DNA from: Vicinamibacterales bacterium
GTDB lineage: Bacteria > Acidobacteriota > Vicinamibacteria > Vicinamibacterales > UBA2999
Assembly: GCA_035537775.1 (NCBI GenBank)
Contig: DATLLQ010000259.1
Span: 5,937 to 69,936 of the forward strand
Length of the DNA: 64,000 nucleotides
Direction of reading: 5' to 3'
The notes under the pieces were generated by a model that made no database searches, was not told where the DNA came from, and saw only the letters and a program-made list of their open reading frames with translations. Position numbers and translations under genes: made by a program. Of the stretch, positions 8,086 to 16,736 are shown in pieces (position 1 is the first letter of the stretch; every line of letters begins with the position of its first letter).

Positions 8086-9132
8086 CTATTTGCCGGGCAC
8101 GAATCGATCGAGGCACTCATAGGGGTGCACGCTGTTCTCGGGCTTCCACACGAAGTACCGCTTCAGCTCGAAGGGCTGGGTGAAGTTGACCGGGTCCGTC
8201 GTCGTTAACGTGTAGTCCAGACGCGTGTAGTCGGCGTTCGGGATGAACCGCTCGACCGTCTTGATCTGATCGCTCTGCGGCGTCCCCTCGTGGTCGAAGT
8301 AGCCAGCCGCAATGTGGTCGGTCTCGACCACCAGCGTCGTACCTTCCCAACGGCCGCGGGAAAATCCATACAACGTGTGCCGGGCCGGAGCCACGGCCTT
8401 CGGATTCATGTGGATCGTGCGCACCGTGTCGTACTCCTCGAGCCGCATGATGATCGTGTCGCCCTTCCTGCTGAAGTCCATAGGCAACGGAGAAATCATG
8501 ATTAACGGTGTGCCCTTCGTGCCGCACTTCAGCAGGCTGTTGTCGCGCGGATTCCATTTCGCGAGGCCGGCCTTGCCGGCGGCGGTCAGCGGATAACCGC
8601 CCTTGAACATCGGGAACGCGGCCGGGTCGCTCATGATCGTGGACCAGACGCGGAACAGACCCTCGGCTCTGGCTTTCGCGGCAGCGAGATCGGAAGTGTT
8701 CTTGACGGCTCCGAGCACCCTGCCGGCCTTCCCGGCCGGGAAGTACGCATTCGCCGATCCGAAATTGAACTCGTAGCCGTTGGGCAGCAGCAGGCTGCGG
8801 GCAAGAATCTCAGGCCGGTTGCGCATCGAGGGCGAGCCCGCGATGGTCACCCGATCGCCGACACGGACCGGGCTTCCATCCACACCGCGATTCCTCAGAA
8901 TGCTGATCGACGCGGTTTCTGCGTCCCACACAGTTTCCTTGCCTTTGTCGTCCTTCACGGCCAGGAGGATTTGTCCGTGCGGATTGCGCCATGACACGGC
9001 TTTGATGACCCCGCTGACTTCGATCGTCTTCCTCGAATCGAAGATACCGGCCTGACTGTGATGTGCGTGAGCAACGCTCACACACACGGTGAGGCCCAGG
9101 AACAGACTCACAAGCCGCACGGTGCGTTGCAT
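8086..9132 (-). CDS. secreted hypothetical protein (DUF6152-like N-terminal domain plus C-terminal extension)
   Basis: Re-started at ATG 9132 with a GGAG RBS. Signal peptide ends ...SVAHAHHSQAGIFD, followed by the WRNPHG motif typical of DUF6152-type proteins. 348 aa. Confidence 0.6.
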   Translation of the reverse strand: MQRTVRLVSLFLGLTVCVSVAHAHHSQAGIFDSRKTIEVSGVIKAVSWRNPHGQILLAVKDDKGKETVWDAETASISILRNRGVDGSPVRVGDRVTIAGSPSMRNRPEILARSLLLPNGYEFNFGSANAYFPAGKAGRVLGAVKNTSDLAAAKARAEGLFRVWSTIMSDPAAFPMFKGGYPLTAAGKAGLAKWNPRDNSLLKCGTKGTPLIMISPLPMDFSRKGDTIIMRLEEYDTVRTIHMNPKAVAPARHTLYGFSRGRWEGTTLVVETDHIAAGYFDHEGTPQSDQIKTVERFIPNADYTRLDYTLTTTDPVNFTQPFELKRYFVWKPENSVHPYECLDRFVPGK

Positions 9133-9257
9133 ATTCTCATCTCCTGAAACCGGTGGATCGTGGCGATGTTCGATGGTCAGAGTATAGGCGTTCACGAGCA
9201 TGGATGAGCTTTCGTTTGGGCTGATCGATGTCACGATCCCGGAGTGGGACGTGAGCG

Positions 9258-10781
9258 ATGAGCGAGACAAAGAAGCAAGCAGGCGTCGACCTGACGCAAG
9301 GGGTGGCGGCCTCGACACTCGTTGAGGGCGGCATGATTCTGGGGCGCGTCGGCAAGAAGGAGGTGGTGCTGGCGCGTTCGGGCGATGAGGTGTTCGCCGT
9401 TGGCGCGCACTGTGCGCACTACCGCGGCCCGCTCGTGGAGGGCCTCATCGTCGGCGACACGGTGCGCTGTCCGTGGCATCACGCCTGTTTCAGCCTCCGC
9501 ACGGGCGAGGCGCTCCGGGCGCCGGCGCTCGATCCGATTGCCTGCTGGCGCGTGGATCGCGAGGGGGACCAGATCTTCGTCCGCGAGAAACTGCCGGCGG
9601 CGCCAGCCGCCGACGCGACTTCTACCCGCGACATGCCCTCGTCCATCGTCATCATCGGCGGAGGTGCGGCGGGCGTGGCCGCCGCCGAGATGGTGAGACG
9701 CAACGGCTACGACGGTCCGGTCACGCTGATCAGCGCCGACGCCGACCCGCCGGTTGACCGTCCAAACCTGTCGAAGGATTACCTCGCCGGCGACGCGCAG
9801 GACGACTGGATTCCGCTCTGGCCGAATGACTTCTACGTCGAGCACCGCATAGACCTGGTTCTCAGCAGGCGGGTGGCGTCGATCGACACGGCGCAACGGA
9901 TCGTACGGCTGGAAGACGGATCGCAGCGGCAATACGGATCGCTGCTCCTCGCCACCGGCGCTGATCCCGTGCGACTGCCGATCCCTGGTGCTGATGACGA
10001 TCGAGTTCGATACTTGCGGTCCTTCGCCGACAGCCGCGCGATCATCGAACGCGCCGCAACAGCCAAACGTGTCGTCGTGGCCGGCGCCAGCTTCATCGGG
10101 CTGGAAGTCGCGGCCTCACTGCGGGCCCGGGGCATCGACGTCGATGTGGTCGCGCCGGAGAGCATGCCGCTCGAGCGTGTGCTCGGCAATGACGTGGGCC
10201 GGTTCATTCGATCGCTGCACGAGGCGCAGGGCGTCACATTCCACCTGGGTCAGACAGTGGCGCAGATCGATGGCCGCACCGTGACGTTGAGCGGCGGCAG
10301 TTCCATCGACTGCGATTTCGTTGTCATGGGCGTCGGCGTCAAACCGGTCGTGGCAATCGCGGAACAGGCCGAGCTCGCCATGGACCGCGGCATCTCGGTC
10401 AACGAATACCTGGAGACGAGCGCGCCCGGCGTGTACGCAGCCGGCGACGTTGCACGATGGCCGGACCCTCATACGGGTGAGCGCATCCGCGTGGAGCACT
10501 GGGTGGTCGCCGAACGCCAGGGGCAGACGGCTGCCCGCAACATGCTCGGCGCCCGCGAGCGGTTCGACGCGGTGCCGTTCTTCTGGAGCCGTCATTACGA
10601 CGTCACAATCAACTACGTCGGCCACGCCGAGAAGTGGGACGAGATTTCGATTGACGGTTCGCTCGAGGGGCTCGACTGCTCGGTGGAGTATCGGCACGGC
10701 GGCAAAACGCTGGCGGTCGCAACCATCGGGCGCGATCGAGCGAGCCTGGAGGCGGAAGCCCGGATGGAGCGGATCGGCTAG
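9258..10781 (+). CDS. Rieske [2Fe-2S] domain fused to FAD/NAD(P)-dependent pyridine nucleotide-disulfide oxidoreductase (AIF/ferredoxin-reductase-like)
   Basis: Rieske ligands CAHYRGPL...CPWHHACF. FAD fold IVIIGGGAAGVAAAE. NAD fold VVVAGASFIGLEVAA. AAGDVA motif. Confidence 0.85.
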   Translation: MSETKKQAGVDLTQGVAASTLVEGGMILGRVGKKEVVLARSGDEVFAVGAHCAHYRGPLVEGLIVGDTVRCPWHHACFSLRTGEALRAPALDPIACWRVDREGDQIFVREKLPAAPAADATSTRDMPSSIVIIGGGAAGVAAAEMVRRNGYDGPVTLISADADPPVDRPNLSKDYLAGDAQDDWIPLWPNDFYVEHRIDLVLSRRVASIDTAQRIVRLEDGSQRQYGSLLLATGADPVRLPIPGADDDRVRYLRSFADSRAIIERAATAKRVVVAGASFIGLEVAASLRARGIDVDVVAPESMPLERVLGNDVGRFIRSLHEAQGVTFHLGQTVAQIDGRTVTLSGGSSIDCDFVVMGVGVKPVVAIAEQAELAMDRGISVNEYLETSAPGVYAAGDVARWPDPHTGERIRVEHWVVAERQGQTAARNMLGARERFDAVPFFWSRHYDVTINYVGHAEKWDEISIDGSLEGLDCSVEYRHGGKTLAVATIGRDRASLEAEARMERIG

Positions 10782-10847
10782 AGTCAGAGCCCTTACTTCC
10801 TGCCCCGAGAGCTGCGGACACCGGGCGTGTATGGAAGGAAGGTGCCT

Positions 10848-12149
10848 ATGCCCCTCAGCCTCCCCGAGCGCGCGTCCTACGAGTTCCTGAAGAAGCTTGC
10901 GAAAGAGCGGCTTGCCGTATTGCGCGCGGCAGATCCCGCGGCCAGACTGTCGTCGGCACAGCTCGCGATCGCACGGGAGTATGGATTCTCCAGCTGGCGC
11001 GCGTTGAAGGCGGAGATCGACCGCCGCCGTGAGCCGCACATCGCAGAATTCATGCGCGCGTGCACGGCCGGTGATGTCAATGCCCTCGTGGAGCTGTTGA
11101 AGAAGGAGCCCGGTCTTGCTCGTGAGAAGGTTGCGGCTGGCAGCACGGGATTGCACCTTGCGGTGCGACATCCGGACGCGCTGCGCCTGCTGCTGCAACA
11201 CGGCGCGGATCCGAACATTCGTGACGAAGGCGACAACGCCAGCCCGCTGCATTTCGCGGCGGCGCGGAGGAACCTCGAGAGCGTCCGTCTGCTTCTGGAT
11301 GCGGGTGCTGACGTCCACGGTGCCGGCGACCTGCATCACGGCAACGTGATTGGATGGGCGGCAGCGAAAGGGAACGACGCTGTTGTGGATCTGCTGCTGG
11401 CGCACGGGGCGAAGCACCACATCTTTTCGGCAATGGCCCTTGGCGACCACGGCCTGGTTGAGCGGCTCGTCGAGGAGGATCCGGATTGCCTGTCGCAACG
11501 GCGCTCCCGGTTTGAATGCGGGCAGACTCCCCTGCACGCCGCGTTCGCGCCACCCGACGGTCTGGGCTTTCTGACCGGTGAGCCCGACTACACCCTGCTC
11601 GCGCTGTTGATCGACCTTGGCGCGGACGTCGAGGCAAAAGACGACAAAGGTCGGACGCCGCTCGACGTGGCGGTGCTCCGCGGCGACACCGAGGCGGCTC
11701 GTCTTCTCAGAGCAGCAGGCGCCATCGAACCCGAGCCTGCGGCACGATCGGGCGACGAGAAGGAGCTCGCGCGACTGGCGGATTCTGTGAGGAAAAGCGA
11801 TCCCATGTTCGCTGTTCAGGACATGAGGGCGACGTTGCAGTGGTACCGGGCGATCGGCTTCACCGTCACCGATGAGTACGAGGATTCCGGCGACGTCATC
11901 TTTGCAAGGGTGTCATTCGGCAAGTGCGAGTTCACGCTGAGCCCGGGCGCCACCACCGGACCGCGAGACGTGAGCCTGTGGTTCTACACGAACCGGGTCG
12001 AGGAGTTGTATCGACAGCTCAGGAACACCCCCGGGGTCCCGTTCGACGAAGACCTGTACACGCCGTTCTATGGAGGGCAGGAGTTCAGCATTCGGGACAT
12101 CAACGGCCTGAAACTGATCTTCCTGCAGCCGCCCTGGCTGGCGGCGTGA
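10848..12149 (+). CDS. ankyrin-repeat protein with C-terminal VOC/glyoxalase-like domain
   Basis: ATG 10848 preceded by GGAAGGAAGG. ANK units (GSTGLHLAVRHPDALRLLLQHGADPN, ASPLHFAAARRNLESVRLLLDAGADV, GRTPLDVAVLRGDTEAARLL). C-terminus MFAVQDMRATLQWYRAIGFTV...FARVSFGKCEFTL is glyoxalase-like. Confidence 0.75.
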   Translation: MPLSLPERASYEFLKKLAKERLAVLRAADPAARLSSAQLAIAREYGFSSWRALKAEIDRRREPHIAEFMRACTAGDVNALVELLKKEPGLAREKVAAGSTGLHLAVRHPDALRLLLQHGADPNIRDEGDNASPLHFAAARRNLESVRLLLDAGADVHGAGDLHHGNVIGWAAAKGNDAVVDLLLAHGAKHHIFSAMALGDHGLVERLVEEDPDCLSQRRSRFECGQTPLHAAFAPPDGLGFLTGEPDYTLLALLIDLGADVEAKDDKGRTPLDVAVLRGDTEAARLLRAAGAIEPEPAARSGDEKELARLADSVRKSDPMFAVQDMRATLQWYRAIGFTVTDEYEDSGDVIFARVSFGKCEFTLSPGATTGPRDVSLWFYTNRVEELYRQLRNTPGVPFDEDLYTPFYGGQEFSIRDINGLKLIFLQPPWLAA

Positions 12150-12159
12150 TCATGCCGGA

Positions 12160-13869
12160 GTGGATGGCAGCGTGACCCCGCTTGCCTGGCTGGCGCTTGC
12201 CGCCGCCGGTCTTCTTGTCCTCGTTGGTGCGGTCAGGGAGACCCGGCGACGACGCATGGACCAGCTGAATGCGACCTGGGGTGTCCAGTCACCGCGCGAG
12301 CACCGGATGGAAGAGATCGCTCGGTCGCATCGTTCACGTCTCGCGGCGCTCGGTGAGCCACTCGCACTCGATGACCGCACATGGAATGACCTCGTACTCG
12401 ACGACGTCTTCCGGCGCGTCGATCACACGGAGAGCACTCTTGGACGGCATGCCCTGTATCACCGGCTTCGAGTTGCGCATACCCTGGAATCGCTGCCTGC
12501 CTTCGAAGCGCTGGTGACCCGCGTGAGCTCGGATGTCGCGTTGCGTGTGCGTGCGCGGCTCGCACTCGGACGCCTCCGCGATCCGCACGGATACGATCTC
12601 TGGTGGCTCAGCCGGCCGGACGCCGTTCAGCTGCCTCGGTGGTACATCGCGTTTCCGATCCTCACGGTCGCGACGCTCGTGATGATTCCGCTGGTGGCCC
12701 TGCGCCCTGACCTGTTCCCGGCGCTGCTTGGACCGCTGGCCCTGAGCTTCCTGCTGAATCTGGCAACCGTAAAGACAATCAACAGCGTCTCGAACGCGTT
12801 CCGACAGATTGCGCCTCTCGTCGCCACGGCACAGGAGCTGGCGTTCGCTCACGGCGACGACATCGACGCGATCGTCGCGCCGATTCGACGCCACACCCGC
12901 GATCTGCTGTCGCTGAAAACGATCGCGCGCTGGATCTCGGCCGATCCGCTGATGCTGTCAGCACGGTCGAACATGCTTGCCGTGATGCTCGCGGACCTCG
13001 CGTCCAGCGTCTACGACTACGTCAACCTCGTCCTGCCGCTGAACGCGGCGGGCGTGTACCTGGGAGTCGATCGTCTTCGAAAGAACGCGACCGCCCTCCT
13101 GGACGTTGTGGCGGCGATCGGTGAGGTGGATGCCGCCCTGAGCGTCGCCTCCCTGCGCGCGGGCGCGACTGGCTGGAGTCGTCCGGTGTTCAGCCCCCTG
13201 CCGTCAGCGATGGCAATCACGGACGCCGTCCATCCACTGGTGACAGACGCCGTGCCCAACTCTCTGGTGATTCAACCGGCCGCTGGAATGCTGGTGACCG
13301 GCTCGAACATGTCAGGCAAGTCAACGTTCCTGCGGACGGTCGGCGTGACGACGGTCATGGCGCAGAGCCTGCACACGTGCTTCGCTGCCTCCTACGCTGC
13401 TCCATTGCTCACGGTGCGAAGCCGCATCGGGCGCGCCGACGATCTTCTCGCCGGCAAGAGTTACTACCTGGTCGAAGTGGAGGCGCTCCTTGCACTGGTT
13501 CGGGCGAGCACATCACCCACGCCGCACATGTTTCTGCTCGACGAAATGTTCCGAGGCACCAACGCCGTTGAGCGCATCGCGGCGGGACAATCGGTGCTCG
13601 TCGAGTTCATTCAGCATGGCCGGCCGCACGTCGTGATTGCAGCAACCCACGACACCGAGCTGGTGGACCTGCTGACCGGACTCTATGCCCCGTGTCACTT
13701 CGGCGATAACCTGACCGACGAGACGCTCACGTTCGACTATCGCCTGCGCTCCGGCCGCGCGACGAGCCGGAATGCCATCGCGCTGCTTCACCTCAATGGC
13801 GCGCCGTCCGCGCTCGTGGAACGGGCGCTGGCATCTGCTGCAGATCTGGATCGGCAGAAGGCTCGCTGA
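12160..13869 (+). CDS. membrane-anchored MutS-related ATPase (MutS domain V only)
   Basis: Hydrophobic N-terminal segments. Walker A GSNMSGKSTFLRTVG, Walker B FLLDEMFRGTN, ATHD motif. No mismatch-binding domain recognisable. Confidence 0.75.
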   Translation: MDGSVTPLAWLALAAAGLLVLVGAVRETRRRRMDQLNATWGVQSPREHRMEEIARSHRSRLAALGEPLALDDRTWNDLVLDDVFRRVDHTESTLGRHALYHRLRVAHTLESLPAFEALVTRVSSDVALRVRARLALGRLRDPHGYDLWWLSRPDAVQLPRWYIAFPILTVATLVMIPLVALRPDLFPALLGPLALSFLLNLATVKTINSVSNAFRQIAPLVATAQELAFAHGDDIDAIVAPIRRHTRDLLSLKTIARWISADPLMLSARSNMLAVMLADLASSVYDYVNLVLPLNAAGVYLGVDRLRKNATALLDVVAAIGEVDAALSVASLRAGATGWSRPVFSPLPSAMAITDAVHPLVTDAVPNSLVIQPAAGMLVTGSNMSGKSTFLRTVGVTTVMAQSLHTCFAASYAAPLLTVRSRIGRADDLLAGKSYYLVEVEALLALVRASTSPTPHMFLLDEMFRGTNAVERIAAGQSVLVEFIQHGRPHVVIAATHDTELVDLLTGLYAPCHFGDNLTDETLTFDYRLRSGRATSRNAIALLHLNGAPSALVERALASAADLDRQKAR

Positions 13870-15259
13870 TGCGAATCGGCACCTCCTGAATCGCGTTGTT
13901 ACCGTACCCCAGCCGGTTCCACTCGGCGCGGTCGGGCTGCGTCCGGCCGGCAAGATCGGTCGCCCGCGCCCGAAGCACCAGCGAACCCGGCGTTTCGACG
14001 CGCGTAATCAGCTCCCACCACTGCCAGCTGTGGCGATTGCGCTCGCTCACGAGCCTCGCCTCCTGCCAGTCGCCGCCGTTCACGCTCACGTCGACACGAG
14101 CAATCGGGCCTGCCCCCGACCAGGCGACGCCGCGGATGGCCAGATCACCCGGCGGCACGTCTGTCTGCGGCGAGGGCTCGGTGATCAGGGCACGGACCCG
14201 CTGCAGGGTCACCGGCTCGCTGACGATCCGGCCGTCGCGCTCCCACTCGTACCGGTACTTGTCGCCCTGATAGTGTCCGGTGAACGTCCGGTCGATCAGC
14301 TCGATCTGAGTCAACCACTTCACCGATGCGACGGCGTACCAGTTCGGGACGATGAGCCGCAGCGGATATCCGTGTTCGACAGGCAACGGCTCGCCATTCA
14401 TCGCGTACGCCAGCATCACATCGCTGTCGCGCGCATCGTCAATCCGGAGGCTGCGCTCGAAGCGCAGCGGTTCCGGACGGCCATCCGCCAGGCCGCCGTC
14501 GGCGCCGCGAAAGAGTACCTCCTTCGCCTCCGGCCGGATGCCGGCGCGGTCCAGGATCTCGATGAGTGGCACGCCGGTCCATTCGGCCGTGCTGACCGCG
14601 CCCACCCCCCACTGCTCACCCTCGGCTGGTGGATCGAACATCGCGCGACCGTTGCCGGCACACTCGAGAGTGACGACCTGCGTTTTCGATTTCATGTTGT
14701 GGAGATCACGGATGGTGACGCTCAACGGACGCTCAACCAGTCCGCCAATCGAGAGCCGGAAGGCTTCTGCGTCGAGTCTGGGCATCCGGAAGTTGTTGCG
14801 CATGTAGAAGCGCGCGTTCGGCATGACCACGCCGCCGACGAGCGCCGCGAGAGACGTCTCGCAGTTGAGCGGATGCGCGCGGTGCATGACCATGCCGGCG
14901 TCGATCGCGTGCTGGCAGGCCTCTTCCGGGTCCAGCGTCGGCACGTCCGACCGTGCGGGCGCAGGAGCCGCACAGCCACCGCTCGCGACCGCACGCACGC
15001 AGGTTGACGCGGGGAAGATGTCGAGACTGCCGGCCCTCTGGAACGGCCGCATGAACTCGCGCAAGTCCTGCTCATCGGCGGCTTCCACGATCAGGAACAT
15101 CGTGTGCTCGCCCTGCACGACGGCTTCGCCGTGAATCTGCAGTCCGAACTTCCTGACGTTCGGCGGGCTCAGGTGATTCAGCAGCGTGGCCCCCATGAAG
15201 GGGTCCTGCGCAGGACAGCCGTCAGCGGGATGCTGGTGCCGCACGATGAACAACGACAT
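13793..15259 (-). CDS. sulfite-oxidase-family molybdopterin oxidoreductase with unrelated ~110-aa N-terminal domain, no signal peptide
   Basis: Re-started at ATG 15259 (GAGGAG RBS). Moco-domain pattern HPLNCET...FYMRNNF...VTLECAGNGR...EWTGVPL...AYAMNGEPLPVEHGYPLRLIVPNWY plus a dimerisation domain. Confidence 0.8.
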   Translation of the reverse strand: MSLFIVRHQHPADGCPAQDPFMGATLLNHLSPPNVRKFGLQIHGEAVVQGEHTMFLIVEAADEQDLREFMRPFQRAGSLDIFPASTCVRAVASGGCAAPAPARSDVPTLDPEEACQHAIDAGMVMHRAHPLNCETSLAALVGGVVMPNARFYMRNNFRMPRLDAEAFRLSIGGLVERPLSVTIRDLHNMKSKTQVVTLECAGNGRAMFDPPAEGEQWGVGAVSTAEWTGVPLIEILDRAGIRPEAKEVLFRGADGGLADGRPEPLRFERSLRIDDARDSDVMLAYAMNGEPLPVEHGYPLRLIVPNWYAVASVKWLTQIELIDRTFTGHYQGDKYRYEWERDGRIVSEPVTLQRVRALITEPSPQTDVPPGDLAIRGVAWSGAGPIARVDVSVNGGDWQEARLVSERNRHSWQWWELITRVETPGSLVLRARATDLAGRTQPDRAEWNRLGYGNNAIQEVPIRISEPSADPDLQQMPAPVPRARTARH

Positions 15260-15316
15260 GGCGAACTCCTCGGGCGTCTTCGGTTCGTCGGGCACCCCTT
15301 CAGGGGGGCCGAAGAA

Positions 15317-16717
15317 TCAGGTTTCGAGCGGCAGCTTCGCAGCGTCCCAGGCGGCGATACCACCGGCAATCTCACTGACCTGCGTGAAGCCGTGACGCTG
15401 CAGCAGGCTCGCGGCAATCGACGAGCGATAGCCGCCGGCGCAGTGCACGAGGAGCTGGCGATCGGCCGGAAGCTCCTGCAGCCGCTCGACGAGGTGATTG
15501 AGCGGAATCCCGACGCTGCCGGGGATCCGTTTCTGCTGGCGCTCGCCGGGTGCTCGCACGTCAACGATCACTGGCGCTCTTTCAGGCGCCGCCGCCGCGA
15601 GGCGTTCGGCCGCAACCTGTGCGCTGAGACGCTCGGTGGTCATCGTCAGGTCGGGTCGCGACCGAACGCTGTGGAGGCCGTCCTGGAGATAGCCGACGAC
15701 CTGATCGAAGCCGATGCGGCCCAGTCGCATCGCTGCTTCGTGCTCGTGCCCGGGGTCGGCGATGATGACGATGGGGTGTTCGCGGTTCAACACCGTGCCA
15801 GCCCACGTCGCGTATTGGCCGCCGAGGCCGATGTTGATGCTCCCGGCCAGATGCGCAGCCGCGAACTCCGCCGGGTCGCGCGTATCCAGCACCTGCGCGC
15901 CAACTCCCTGCAACGCCAGAAGCTGTTCGAGTGTCAGCGCGCTGATTCGATCCAGCGTCTGCTCAAGCGTCGGGCGCTCCTGGCTGTTCAGCACGGCATC
16001 GTAGGTGAAGTACGACGGGGCGTCGGGTTGATCGGCCGTCACCATGTCGATGAATGCGTCCTTGCTCATCGGCTGCAGCGCGTAGTTCGAGCGTCGCTGT
16101 TCCCCAATCGTCGACACCGTTTCCTTGCTCAGAGCTTTGCCGCACAGCGAACCGGCGCCGTGAGCCGGATAGACGGCGGCGTTGTCCGGAAGCGTCATCA
16201 GCTTGTTGCGAAGCGACTCGTATAGGAGGCCGCCCAGATCGTTGGCCGACCATCCGAGCGCGACGCGCAGATCCGGACGGCCGACGTCACCGACAAACAG
16301 CGTGTCGCCGGTCAGGACCGCGTGCGGCTCAGTGGCGCTGCGATCGAGGTCGTAGATGACCAGAGAGATCGACTCGGGGGTGTGTCCCGGTGTCTCCAGC
16401 GCCTGCAGGCGCACCCGTCCAAGATCGACGGTGTCGCGGTCGTGCAAAGGGACAAAGGAGTACTCGGCTTTTGCCGCGGCACCCAGATAGATCTGTGCCC
16501 CGACGCGATCGCGCAGTTCGAGGTGGCCCGCAATGAAGTCCGCATGGAGATGCGTGAGGAAGACGTGCTCGATGCGCAGCCCATGTTCGTCAGCAAACGC
16601 GAGGTACTGATCGACGTCACGCTGCGGATCGACGACGGCAGCCGTGCGGGACTGCTCGTCGCCGATCAGATACGACGCGTGTGCGAGGCAATTCAGGTAG
16701 AACTGCTTCAGGATCAC
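15317..16717 (-). CDS. MBL-fold hydrolase fused to two rhodanese domains (persulfide-dioxygenase/sulfurtransferase, CstB-like architecture)
   Basis: Start re-picked at GTG 16717 (VILKQFYLNCLAHASYLIGD). Metal motif THLHADF, ETPGHTPES. Two rhodanese-like modules, the last with active-site-like HCAGGYRS. Confidence 0.85.
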   Translation of the reverse strand: MILKQFYLNCLAHASYLIGDEQSRTAAVVDPQRDVDQYLAFADEHGLRIEHVFLTHLHADFIAGHLELRDRVGAQIYLGAAAKAEYSFVPLHDRDTVDLGRVRLQALETPGHTPESISLVIYDLDRSATEPHAVLTGDTLFVGDVGRPDLRVALGWSANDLGGLLYESLRNKLMTLPDNAAVYPAHGAGSLCGKALSKETVSTIGEQRRSNYALQPMSKDAFIDMVTADQPDAPSYFTYDAVLNSQERPTLEQTLDRISALTLEQLLALQGVGAQVLDTRDPAEFAAAHLAGSINIGLGGQYATWAGTVLNREHPIVIIADPGHEHEAAMRLGRIGFDQVVGYLQDGLHSVRSRPDLTMTTERLSAQVAAERLAAAAPERAPVIVDVRAPGERQQKRIPGSVGIPLNHLVERLQELPADRQLLVHCAGGYRSSIAASLLQRHGFTQVSEIAGGIAAWDAAKLPLET

Positions 16718-16736
16718 GGCTCCAGCCTCTCTTGCC

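Noticed and set aside
10116-11537. 473-aa minus-strand ORF across the Rieske-reductase / ankyrin gene junction
   Set aside because: It is antisense to two recognisable genes and spans their intergenic gap. The composition is Arg-rich and low-complexity.
15104-16225. 373-aa plus-strand ORF opposite the MBL-rhodanese gene
   Set aside because: It is a shadow ORF. The minus strand has metal-binding and rhodanese active-site motifs.
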